A DNA stretch of 64,000 bases from an archaeon GW2011_AR15. GTDB lineage: Archaea > Nanobdellota > Nanobdellia > Woesearchaeales > GW2011-AR15. Below the pieces are notes generated by a model. The model was not told where the DNA came from and did no database searches. It worked only from the letters and a program-made list of their open reading frames with translations. Of this stretch, positions 18,407 through 27,341 are shown in pieces (position 1 is the first letter of the stretch; each line of letters begins with the position of its first letter). Location of the stretch: NCBI GenBank assembly GCA_000830295.1, contig CP010425.1, positions 64,001 to 128,000 of the forward strand. The letters run 5' to 3'. Position numbers and translations under genes: made by a program.

Positions 18407-19402
18407 ATGCCAAAACATTCAGACCAGAGGGTCGGAGTATTTATAGACGTACAAAACTTATATTACAGCGCCAAGCAGCTGTACAATGCCAAAGTTAATT
18501 TTGCGCACATCCTTAAGAGGGCTGTGGCCGGAAGGAGACTTATCAGGGCAATTGCCTATGTCATTAAGGCAGACATAAAAGAGGAGCACAATTTCTTTGA
18601 AGCCCTTGAAAAGATAGGCTATGATGTGAGGTCAAAAGACCTGCAGACATTCTACACCGGAGCAAAGAAAGGTGACTGGGATGTGGGCATTGCCATGGAT
18701 ATAATGAGGATGGCAGCAAAGCTTGACGTTATTGTTCTTGTCTCAGGAGACGGGGATTTCAAGGACCTGCTTGAGCACGTGAAAGCACTTGGCTGCAGGG
18801 CCGAAGTGCTGGCTTTCGGAAAGACATCCTCTTCAAGATTAATAGGGGAAGCTGATGAGTTCGGCGACCTTGGAAAAGAGCTTGACAAGGTGCTGATAAA
18901 GGGGAACAGCAAGGCATTCAGGACTGACAATAAGCCTGCAGCAAGCAGCGGGGGAACTACCGTGACCGCCGTACCAGCAGAAAACAGGCCCGAGAGCAGT
19001 GGCAGGGCTGAAAGCAGTGTAATCGCTGCCAATGATATCAGGAATGAGATGAGCAGGGAGCGCAGAAATTTCAGGCATGACAGGATGAGAGGGAACAGGG
19101 GTTTCAGAAGGCCTGACAGGAATATGGGGGGAGGCAGGGATTTCAGGAGGCCAATGGAGCCTTCAGACAGCGCATCCCTTCTTCAGAAGATAAATATGGA
19201 CCAGCCGGTTCTTGAGCCAAGGAAAGAAGAGGCAAAGCTGGTCATGCCAAAAGACGAACCGAAAAAAGAAGAGCCCAAGAAAGAAGAGCCGAGAAGAGAA
19301 GAGCCAAAAGAAAGGGCTCCTGAAAAGCCTGCTGAGCAGCCGGAGGCAAAAAAAACAGCAAAAAAGCCGGCGAAAAAGGCTGTTCCGAAGAAAAAGAAAT
19401 AA
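18407..19402 (+). CDS. NYN (LabA/DUF88, PIN-like) domain protein with low-complexity tail
   Basis: FIDVQNLY, KGDWDVGIAMD, SGDGDF; tail rich in R/G, then EPKKE repeats and AKK repeats. Confidence 0.9.
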   Translation: MPKHSDQRVGVFIDVQNLYYSAKQLYNAKVNFAHILKRAVAGRRLIRAIAYVIKADIKEEHNFFEALEKIGYDVRSKDLQTFYTGAKKGDWDVGIAMDIMRMAAKLDVIVLVSGDGDFKDLLEHVKALGCRAEVLAFGKTSSSRLIGEADEFGDLGKELDKVLIKGNSKAFRTDNKPAASSGGTTVTAVPAENRPESSGRAESSVIAANDIRNEMSRERRNFRHDRMRGNRGFRRPDRNMGGGRDFRRPMEPSDSASLLQKINMDQPVLEPRKEEAKLVMPKDEPKKEEPKKEEPRREEPKERAPEKPAEQPEAKKTAKKPAKKAVPKKKK

Positions 19403-19434
19403 TCTTTAAATATAAATTTCCATAGCCTCTTATA

Positions 19435-19761
19435 ATGCTGTCCGCAAAGCTGCTGGAACATAGTGCTATGGATTTTTTCTACAGCATGCTTGAGAGATAT
19501 GCCAGGTATGGCATCACTCCCGATAAGATAGAAGGCATAGTCACGGATGAGATCAAAAAAGAGGTTGAATACTGGTGGCAGTACTATCAGGAGGTCGGGG
19601 CCAATCCAGGCTGGAACGAAGGCAAGAGAGAGCTTGTCCTTGACATATATACAATATGGCTGAAGCTTGACGATCTTTCCGGGAACCTCCTGGAAAAAAC
19701 AGATTACAGTACATTCTATAACTGGCATCAGCTGAAAAAACCTCTTCAGGGAGTGAACTGA
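19435..19761 (+). CDS. Hypothetical protein
   Basis: TTTAAATA box upstream; coupled to the next ORF. Confidence 0.55.
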   Translation: MLSAKLLEHSAMDFFYSMLERYARYGITPDKIEGIVTDEIKKEVEYWWQYYQEVGANPGWNEGKRELVLDIYTIWLKLDDLSGNLLEKTDYSTFYNWHQLKKPLQGVN

Positions 19762-19763
19762 GG

Positions 19764-20294
19764 ATGAGAACCCTGCAGCAGAAGGCAGATGAGCTCTTTG
19801 AAAGCCTTGAATGGATGTACAGCGATATTTTCACAGACAGGAAAATAAAGGCGCCTTCTGCCAGGTACAGCATAAGGGTAAGCCCGAAGATAAACAGCAG
19901 GGGGCTCGTAGAAATCCATATGGCAAAATTTGCCATGCTTCCCCAATACCATGATGAAGAGCTTGCTATCCACACCATCTCTATCTGTGATGTTTCTGAA
20001 ATGTATCCGTTCAGGCTGAGGCTGAAAAGGAATCCTGATTTTGATGATTATGCCCTTGATATGTTTCTGCTTGATGAGTTCGGGATAGAATATGTTGTCC
20101 AGACAACTGACAGGAAAAGATATGTCGATGACGCCACATTATTCGCCGGAAACATGGATGAGGAAAACAGGATTCACAGCAATTTCCAGACTGCCGGAAA
20201 TTTTGAGGAGAAGGTTCTTGACAGGGTCATGAAAAGAGCAATGAAATATCTCCCTCCTGAAAACGAAAGCTATCTTTCTGCATACAGCTCATAA
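19764..20294 (+). CDS. Hypothetical protein
   Basis: 176 aa ORF with SD-like GGAGTGA. Confidence 0.6.
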   Translation: MRTLQQKADELFESLEWMYSDIFTDRKIKAPSARYSIRVSPKINSRGLVEIHMAKFAMLPQYHDEELAIHTISICDVSEMYPFRLRLKRNPDFDDYALDMFLLDEFGIEYVVQTTDRKRYVDDATLFAGNMDEENRIHSNFQTAGNFEEKVLDRVMKRAMKYLPPENESYLSAYSS

Positions 20295-20344
20295 GAAAAC
20301 TTTAAATAGTTTCATCGCGATTCCTAACTCAGGTGATTTAAAAC

Positions 20345-20653
20345 ATGGGAGAACTTTACGATAAGGAATACAAAGAAGGCACAAAAAAATTTCTGGATGA
20401 GACAAAGGAAGCTGCAGAGGCATACAAGCAGTACCAAAAGGCTCTTTCTGACACCAGCCCGTTTGACAAGAAGACAAATGAGCTTATCATGGTTGCTGTC
20501 AGCGCAGCACTGCAGTGCGATTACTGCATTGAGACGCATTCAAAAAGGGCAAAGCTCGCAGGCGCAACAGACAAAGAGATTGCTTTTGCAGTGCATCTTG
20601 CGGCTTCTGTAAAGCACGGGGCAACTGTAAGCTACGGAGTGAAAGCCCTCTGA
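20345..20653 (+). CDS. AhpD/carboxymuconolactone decarboxylase-family protein
   Basis: KTNELIMVAVSAALQCDYCIETH...GATDKEI with CxxC. Confidence 0.9.
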   Translation: MGELYDKEYKEGTKKFLDETKEAAEAYKQYQKALSDTSPFDKKTNELIMVAVSAALQCDYCIETHSKRAKLAGATDKEIAFAVHLAASVKHGATVSYGVKAL

Positions 20654-20654
20654 G

Positions 20655-21530
20655 ATGCAATCCGTAATTATGAAGCCCGAGTGGCTCAGGATAATGCCTC
20701 CAAAGGAAAAGTTCAGTGAGGTAAAAGGGATAATAAGCAGCCACAGGCTCAACACTGTCTGCCAGGAAGCGCACTGCCCAAATATGTCAGAGTGCTGGTC
20801 TTCTGGGACAGCAACATTCATGCTGATGGGAGACACCTGCACAAGAGGATGCAGGTTCTGCGCTGTAAAGACAGGAAAGCCGGGAGAGCTTGACAGGACA
20901 GAGCCGGCGAGGCTGGCAAAGGCAATAAAAGAGCTCGGGGTCTTTGATTATGTTGTGCTTACTTCTGTTGACCGCGATGACCTTGAAGACCAGGGCGCCA
21001 ATCATCTTGCCGAATGCATAAGGGAAATAAAAAAGCAGTATCCGGGGATTATTGTTGAAATCCTTATCCCTGATTTCAGGGGAGACAAAGAGCTTCTCAG
21101 AATTATAGCTGATGCCGGGCCTGAGGTAATTGCGCACAATGTTGAGACTGTTGAAAGGCTTCAGAGGAAAGTGAGGGATTACAGGGCAAACTACATGCAG
21201 TCATTGTCAGTTCTCCGGAATGTGAAAAAGCTCAGCAGAAAAATCTATACAAAAACTTCCATAATGCTCGGGCTTGGTGAAAAAGAGGATGAAGTAATCC
21301 AGGCAATGAAGGATTTAAGAGCCATTGATGTTAATATTATAACATTTGGGCAATACCTAAGACCATCACAGAAACATTTGGCAGTCAGCGAATATGTAAA
21401 GCCAGAAAAATTTAAATATTATGAAGAGGTTGCCAATAGCCTGGGGTTTTTATATTGCGCGTCTGGCCCTTTTGTAAGGAGCTCATATAAAGCAGGGGAA
21501 TTATTTTTGAAGGGGAAAATAAATGGTTAA
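20655..21530 (+). CDS. lipA: Lipoyl synthase
   Basis: CQEAHCPNMSEC, CTRGCRFC, RSSY. Confidence 0.97.
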   Translation: MQSVIMKPEWLRIMPPKEKFSEVKGIISSHRLNTVCQEAHCPNMSECWSSGTATFMLMGDTCTRGCRFCAVKTGKPGELDRTEPARLAKAIKELGVFDYVVLTSVDRDDLEDQGANHLAECIREIKKQYPGIIVEILIPDFRGDKELLRIIADAGPEVIAHNVETVERLQRKVRDYRANYMQSLSVLRNVKKLSRKIYTKTSIMLGLGEKEDEVIQAMKDLRAIDVNIITFGQYLRPSQKHLAVSEYVKPEKFKYYEEVANSLGFLYCASGPFVRSSYKAGELFLKGKING

Positions 21531-22587
21531 GAAAGTCATAGGGAAATTCGAGGTTGAATACCTGCAGGTTCTTGATGAGGAAGGCAATGCTGATGAGGCC
21601 CTCATGCCGAAGCTGACAGGCAGGCAGATAAAAGAGCTCTATGAAAACATGATCCTTGTCAGGACTTTTGATGACAAGGCTTTCTCAATGCAGAGACAGG
21701 GGAGGATAGGCTCATACCTCCAGGTAAAGGGGCAGGAAGCAGCACAGGTGGGCTCTGTCTATGCCCTACAGGACAAGGACTGGCTGTTCCCTATGTACAG
21801 GAGCAGTGGGGCATTGCTTGCAAGGAAGCAGCCCATGCATCTTCTCTATCTTTACTGGGGCGGAGATGAACGCGGTTTGAAAAGTCCGGAGAATGTGAAT
21901 AATTTTCCCATTGCAATACCTGTCGGGACGCAGATACCTCATGCAGTAGGTGCTGCCTGGGCATCAAATCTCCTTGGAAAAAAAGAAGTCTCGCTGGTAT
22001 TCTTCGGAGAAGGCGCAACATCAAAGGCAGATTTCCACACTGCAATGAATTTTGCAGGAGTCTATCAGGTTCCGTGCATTCTTGTCTGCGAGAACAACCA
22101 GTGGGCAATTTCTGTGCCGAGAAAAATACAGACGCATTCAGAGACAATAGCACAGAAGGGAATTGCATACGGGGTTAAGGGAATCCAGGTCGACGGGAAC
22201 GATATTTTTGCAGTCTACAAAGCAGTAAAAGAGGCTGTTGATGATGCAAGAGCAGGCAAAGGCCCTGCATTAATAGAGTGCATGACCTACAGGATAGGGG
22301 ACCACAGCACAAGCGATGACGCAAAAAAATACAGGGGCGAAAAAGAAGTCGAGGAGTGGGCGAAAAAAGACCCTGTGCTCAGGCTTGAGAGATATATGAA
22401 AAAGAAAAAGCTGCTTGATGAAGCGTATAAGAAAAAAGTCCTTGAGAATGCAAAAGAGACTGTTGAGAAAGAAGTGAAGAAATATGAGGAGTATCCTGCG
22501 CCTGACAGGGAAGATATCTTCAAGTACACATTTGCGGAGATGCCGCAGCAGCTGAAAGAGCAGTTTGAGGAGTTCAAGAATGGTTAG
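21523..22587 (+). CDS. pdhA: 2-oxoacid (pyruvate) dehydrogenase E1 alpha
   Basis: GQEA, TPP motif GEGA...ENNQWAIS, HSTSDD. Confidence 0.92.
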   Translation: MVKKVIGKFEVEYLQVLDEEGNADEALMPKLTGRQIKELYENMILVRTFDDKAFSMQRQGRIGSYLQVKGQEAAQVGSVYALQDKDWLFPMYRSSGALLARKQPMHLLYLYWGGDERGLKSPENVNNFPIAIPVGTQIPHAVGAAWASNLLGKKEVSLVFFGEGATSKADFHTAMNFAGVYQVPCILVCENNQWAISVPRKIQTHSETIAQKGIAYGVKGIQVDGNDIFAVYKAVKEAVDDARAGKGPALIECMTYRIGDHSTSDDAKKYRGEKEVEEWAKKDPVLRLERYMKKKKLLDEAYKKKVLENAKETVEKEVKKYEEYPAPDREDIFKYTFAEMPQQLKEQFEEFKNG

Positions 22588-23551
22588 CATGAATAATGTA
22601 GAAGCAGTGAGATCCGCGCTTGACCAGGCGCTGAAATCTGATAAGAGTGTTGTTGTGCTTGGGGAAGATGTCGGAGTAAACGGCGGAGTCTTCAGGGCAA
22701 CTGACGGGCTGCAGAAAAAATACGGAAAAGACAGGGTAATTGACACTCCGCTGAGCGAGGAAGGCATTGTGGGAATGGCAATAGGCCTGGCTGTCACCGG
22801 GGTAAAGCCTGTTGCAGAGATACAGTTCTCTGGATTTTTGCCTGCTGCATTTGACCAGATATTCAGCCATGCCGCAAGGATAAGGTCAAGGAGCAGGGGA
22901 AGGTTTACATGCCCGATGGTGATAAGGGCGCCTGCAGGCGGGGGAATACGGGCTCTTGAGCTTCACTGCGAAATGCCGGAAGCGCTGTTTGCGCATATCC
23001 CTGGGATAAAGGTTGTCTGCCCGAGTACGCCTTATGACACAAAAGGCCTGCTGCTGGCTGCAATAAAAGACCCTGACCCTGTGATATTTTTAGAGCCTAT
23101 GAGGATCTACAGGGCAGTAAAGCAGGATGTCCCTGAAAAGGAATACACAATTCCGCTGGGAAAAGCCAATGTCATAAAAGAAGGAACTGACATCACAATA
23201 ATAACCTGGGGCTCAATGGTGAAATACACCCTTGATGCTGTTGCCGGGCTTGATGATGTTGATGCTGAGGTAATTGATCTGCGGACAATATATCCTTTTG
23301 ATACTGAGGCGATAATAAAGAGCGTCGGGAAAACAGGCAGGGCGGTTGTCGTGCATGAGGCCCCGAAGACCTCCGGGTTCGGAGCTGAGATTGTGGCAAC
23401 AATAAATGAGAAAGCTCTTGACTCCCTGGATGCGCCTGTGCTGAGAGTTACAGGCTATGACACTGCGCTTCCGTTTGCAAGGCTGGAGATGCAGTTCATA
23501 CCGAGCAAAGAAAGGATTATAAAGGCAATTAACGAGGTTATGGATTATTAA
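22580..23551 (+). CDS. pdhB: 2-oxoacid (pyruvate) dehydrogenase E1 beta
   Basis: GEDVGVNGGVFRAT, DTPLSE, EIQF. Confidence 0.93.
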   Translation: MVSMNNVEAVRSALDQALKSDKSVVVLGEDVGVNGGVFRATDGLQKKYGKDRVIDTPLSEEGIVGMAIGLAVTGVKPVAEIQFSGFLPAAFDQIFSHAARIRSRSRGRFTCPMVIRAPAGGGIRALELHCEMPEALFAHIPGIKVVCPSTPYDTKGLLLAAIKDPDPVIFLEPMRIYRAVKQDVPEKEYTIPLGKANVIKEGTDITIITWGSMVKYTLDAVAGLDDVDAEVIDLRTIYPFDTEAIIKSVGKTGRAVVVHEAPKTSGFGAEIVATINEKALDSLDAPVLRVTGYDTALPFARLEMQFIPSKERIIKAINEVMDY

Positions 23552-23563
23552 TTGAAAAATAGA

Positions 23564-24772
23564 ATGGTATTTGATTTTAAGTTCCCGGATGTTGGAGAAG
23601 GCATTACTGAAGGGACTATTGTAAAGTGGAAAGTAAAAGCAGGCGATTCTGTCAAGGCTGATGAGCCTATTGCTGAAATCGAGACAGACAAGGCAATTGT
23701 TGATATCCCTACGCCAAAGGCCGGAGTAATCCTGAAAATCAATCACAGAGAGGGAGAAACAATAAAAGTCGGGGAGACCCTTGCAGTTATTGGCGAGAAG
23801 GGAGAGAAGGCAGGAGAAACAAAAGAAAAAAAAGAAGGCAGGGAAGATGAGCACTACACAGGCAGTGTCGTCGGCTTCCTTGAAGAGGCAAAGGATGAGT
23901 TTAAGCCAGGAAGAAGCTCCAAAAAAGAGTCGGAGTCTTCAGAGAAAAGAATAAGGGCCACCCCGAAAATAAGAATGCTTGCAAAAGAGCTCAATGTTGA
24001 GCTGAAAAATATTGTCCCGACAGGCCACGGCGGAAGAATAAGTGAGGAAGACATCAGGAAGTCTGTTAAAAAAGCAGCTAAAAGAGAATATCACGGCAAG
24101 GTTACAAGGAGGGAACTGAAAGGGGTAAGAAAAACTATTGCAAAAAACCTTGTTGAAGCCCACCTGGCAACTGTTCCTGTAACCACAATGCATGACGCTG
24201 ATGTAACAGGGCTCTGGGAAGCAAGGGAAAAAGAAAAAATAAGCGCAGAAAAGAAGGGAGTAAAGCTTACCTTCCTCCCATATATAATAAAAGCAGCAAC
24301 TGAAGCGCTGAAAAAGCATCCTGAGATAAACTCAACTCTTGAGGGTGATGAAATTGTGCTGAAAAACTACTATCATATAGGGTTTGCCGTTGATACTGAT
24401 GACGGGCTTATAGTGCCTGTGGTAAAAGACGCTGACAAGAAATCCCTGATGGAACTTGCGAAAGAACTGGCAGAGCTGGGAGAAAAGGCAAGGGCAAGGA
24501 AGCTTGGGATAGATGAAATAAAAGGGGGTTCTTTCTCAATAACTAATTTAGGCTCTGTGGGAGTGAAATATTTTACGCCGGTAATTAATTATCCTGAAAG
24601 CGCCATACTCGGCCTGGGAAGCATCGGGAACATGCCGGTCGCATCAGAGAATGACATCAAAATAAGAAAAATACTCCCTCTTTCGCTTACATTCGATCAC
24701 AGGGTAATAGACGGCGCGCAGGCGTCAAGGTTCATGCTGGATTTAATCAAAAATCTGGAAAGCATAAAATAG
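23564..24772 (+). CDS. pdhC: Dihydrolipoamide acyltransferase E2
   Basis: Lipoyl domain ETDKA, subunit-binding ATP...TGHGGRI, catalytic DHRVIDG. Confidence 0.93.
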   Translation: MVFDFKFPDVGEGITEGTIVKWKVKAGDSVKADEPIAEIETDKAIVDIPTPKAGVILKINHREGETIKVGETLAVIGEKGEKAGETKEKKEGREDEHYTGSVVGFLEEAKDEFKPGRSSKKESESSEKRIRATPKIRMLAKELNVELKNIVPTGHGGRISEEDIRKSVKKAAKREYHGKVTRRELKGVRKTIAKNLVEAHLATVPVTTMHDADVTGLWEAREKEKISAEKKGVKLTFLPYIIKAATEALKKHPEINSTLEGDEIVLKNYYHIGFAVDTDDGLIVPVVKDADKKSLMELAKELAELGEKARARKLGIDEIKGGSFSITNLGSVGVKYFTPVINYPESAILGLGSIGNMPVASENDIKIRKILPLSLTFDHRVIDGAQASRFMLDLIKNLESIK

Positions 24773-24805
24773 AGTAAATAAAAAACATTGGGGGTGCAAA
24801 AAAAA

Positions 24806-25210
24806 ATGGTAAACTGGTTATCTGTACTAGGAACTGCATTAGCAGGCTTTTTGCTGGGATGGATTTGGTATGGCCCGTTGTTCGGAAAACAGTGGATGAA
24901 GCTGATGAAAATATCCAAGAAAGACATGCAAAAAGCAAAGAAGAAAAGCATGGTTACACCGATGGTCGGCGGGTTCCTTGCTACGGTTGTTATGGCTTAT
25001 GTGCTTGATACATTCGTTAGACTTGTGGCTGCCACAACTTTTGTTGAGGGAGCAATCCTCGGATTCTGGCTGTGGCTGGGGTTCGTGGCAACTGTTCTCC
25101 TGGGAAAAGTCCTGTGGGAGAACAAATCATTCAGCCTCTACCTTATTGACTCGCTGCATTATCTTGCTGTGCTTGGGTTGATGGGCGGTCTATTGGCTGT
25201 CTGGATATAA
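24806..25210 (+). CDS. DUF1761-like membrane protein
   Basis: GWIWYGPLFGKQWM and GFWLWLGF patterns. Confidence 0.8.
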   Translation: MVNWLSVLGTALAGFLLGWIWYGPLFGKQWMKLMKISKKDMQKAKKKSMVTPMVGGFLATVVMAYVLDTFVRLVAATTFVEGAILGFWLWLGFVATVLLGKVLWENKSFSLYLIDSLHYLAVLGLMGGLLAVWI

Positions 25211-25277
25211 TTCTTTTTTTATTTTTTATTAGTTAACTTTAAATATAGTTTAATTACTGGGTTGCTGGGGAAAACTT

Positions 25278-26132
25278 ATGGCAGAAAACAGGGTTGTTGT
25301 TATCGGCGGTTCCGGTGTGCATGACAGCCCCGGCTTCAAAGAGGCTGTATGGGAAACACTGGATTTGGGAACACCTTATGGCAGGATAGAATATCAGGAA
25401 AGAGAAGATGGTGTAGTCTTTATACCAAGGCATGGCCATAATGTGAAATATGCCCCCCATCTTACGCAGTATATTGAAAACAGCCTGGCAGCAGCCCATC
25501 TTGGTGATGTCGTTATAGCCACCAGCGCAGTAGGGACATACCATCCTGAAAAAATCAAAGTCAAAGGCCTGGTTATTCCTGATGACTATATAGACATGAC
25601 AACAGGAAGGAAATCTGACCCTTATGGCGAGGGAATTACGGTCCATGCAAACCCAAGGCCTGCATTTACTGAAGAAGTCAGGAAAATTCTTCTTGAGAGC
25701 GGGAAGAAGCATTCGCATGCTTTTAATGGAGTTACAGATGGCGGCACATACCTGACTATGGACGGATCGAGGTTCGGCACAAGAGCTGAAGGGAACATGA
25801 GGGCATATTATGCTGACCTTGCGGGAATGACCTGCAATCCTGAAGCTGAGATAATGATGTATCTTGATATGCCTTATGCACTTGCTGCATTTGTTGTTGA
25901 TGAGGATGTTGACGCTGACCACGAACTGTCAACAATGGCTGTTATGAAAGAGCTTTCACAGCCTGATAAAGTCCCTGCTTTCATAGAGACTGCAATTGAG
26001 CTTGCAAAAGAAATGAAACTGCCTGAACGTGACCCGAGAATTGCAACAGGAATAATAGAACAGGGTCTGGAAAGGATCGCCAATAAATACGCAAGACAAA
26101 GAGCAGGATATCTTATGCAGAAATACAAGTAA
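25278..26132 (+). CDS. MTAP/PNP-family nucleoside phosphorylase
   Basis: IGGSG, TPYG, PRHG, SAVG, GMT motifs. Confidence 0.88.
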   Translation: MAENRVVVIGGSGVHDSPGFKEAVWETLDLGTPYGRIEYQEREDGVVFIPRHGHNVKYAPHLTQYIENSLAAAHLGDVVIATSAVGTYHPEKIKVKGLVIPDDYIDMTTGRKSDPYGEGITVHANPRPAFTEEVRKILLESGKKHSHAFNGVTDGGTYLTMDGSRFGTRAEGNMRAYYADLAGMTCNPEAEIMMYLDMPYALAAFVVDEDVDADHELSTMAVMKELSQPDKVPAFIETAIELAKEMKLPERDPRIATGIIEQGLERIANKYARQRAGYLMQKYK

Positions 26133-26876
26133 TTATTTCATGAAATTCCACTCTCTTGTGGAATATTTTTCTTCTACCAGCTGCCTTGCCCGCTTAATCT
26201 CCTCTTCAGCAAGCTCCCCGAAGCTGAATTCCTTCCCTTCTGTAAATCCCTTGAGCAGGGCATTATATGTATCTTCCCTCGTAACTTTTTTGTAATCTAT
26301 CACTCTTGTAACCCTTTCTTCAACAGACTTTATTATTTTATCGCGGATTTTCTCATCAGGAATTTTGAGAACAGTGAACATCCTCTTCACATCAACATCA
26401 TATAATATTGTGCCGTGCTGCAGCAATACGTTATTCCTCCTTGTCTGCGCATTGCCTGATATCTTCTTATTTCCGACAACAATATCATTTATAGGCACAA
26501 ACTGCGCATCAATCCCTATATTTTTCAGCCCTTTGACCACCCAGCCGCATATTTCTTTATAGCTCTCGATTATATTTTTCGGGAACATTCCAACCGGACC
26601 AATTACGGAATAAGTTATCTCTCCGTCATGGGAATGATAGACTGCCCCGCCGCCTGTCCTTCTTCTCACTATGCTGATGCCAAGCTTCCTGCATTTTCTC
26701 GCGTCAACAACATCATCCATGCTCTGGAAATATCCTATGGAAACCGCACTCGGAAGCCATCTGTAGAATCTTATTGTCGGCTCTCCCCCTTCTGCAACTG
26801 ATTCAGAGACTGCCTCATCTATCGCCATATTCATGAAAGCATGGTCCATTTCCAGGGGTATGACTCTCCACTTCAT
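26133..26876 (-). CDS. lplA: Lipoate-protein ligase catalytic domain
   Basis: NMAIDE, RRRTGGGAVYH, KKISGNAQ, QHGT. Confidence 0.92.
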   Translation of the reverse strand: MKWRVIPLEMDHAFMNMAIDEAVSESVAEGGEPTIRFYRWLPSAVSIGYFQSMDDVVDARKCRKLGISIVRRRTGGGAVYHSHDGEITYSVIGPVGMFPKNIIESYKEICGWVVKGLKNIGIDAQFVPINDIVVGNKKISGNAQTRRNNVLLQHGTILYDVDVKRMFTVLKIPDEKIRDKIIKSVEERVTRVIDYKKVTREDTYNALLKGFTEGKEFSFGELAEEEIKRARQLVEEKYSTREWNFMK

Positions 26877-27160
26877 TTTTGATCAACTGCCTTTTTCAGC
26901 ACTCTTGCTATTGCGGCCGCATCCAGGCCTATCAGCTGGTAGCCCTTTTCTGCTATGACTTTCTGCAGCTCTTCTGCAATCTCTTTTTCATCAAAATCCT
27001 TTTTTATGCCCGCCAGTCTTTTCTCTATCTCTTTTATTGATTCTTCAGGGTGCGCAAAGAAATCGCCTGTAATATCAACTTTCTCTATTTTGTCACCGAA
27101 ATCTACTTTTATAACTAGAAGTTTTCCGCCCTCAACTTTCTCCATTGCCTGAGTGTGCAC
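26873..27160 (-). CDS. Lipoate-protein ligase accessory (C-terminal-domain) subunit, LplB-like
   Basis: KVEGGKL, ITGDFF; overlaps the lplA start as in archaeal split ligases. Confidence 0.85.
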   Translation of the reverse strand: MHTQAMEKVEGGKLLVIKVDFGDKIEKVDITGDFFAHPEESIKEIEKRLAGIKKDFDEKEIAEELQKVIAEKGYQLIGLDAAAIARVLKKAVDQK

Positions 27161-27341
27161 AATAAATGAAAGTGATTCACTTATAAATATGTTTCCAAAT
27201 ACAAAATATCAATTTGGAAAATCTTAAATAGAAAATATCCTTACCCAGGCCTAAAAGGGGGTGGAATATGAGGCGAGCATATCGCTTTATAGTCAATAGT
27301 TTAGTTCTTAATAGTTCTTTTAATAGAGGGGGTAATCTGAA

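Noticed and set aside
19256-19310. 15-bp tandem repeats
   Set aside because: They encode the EPKKE low-complexity tail of the NYN protein and are not an independent element.
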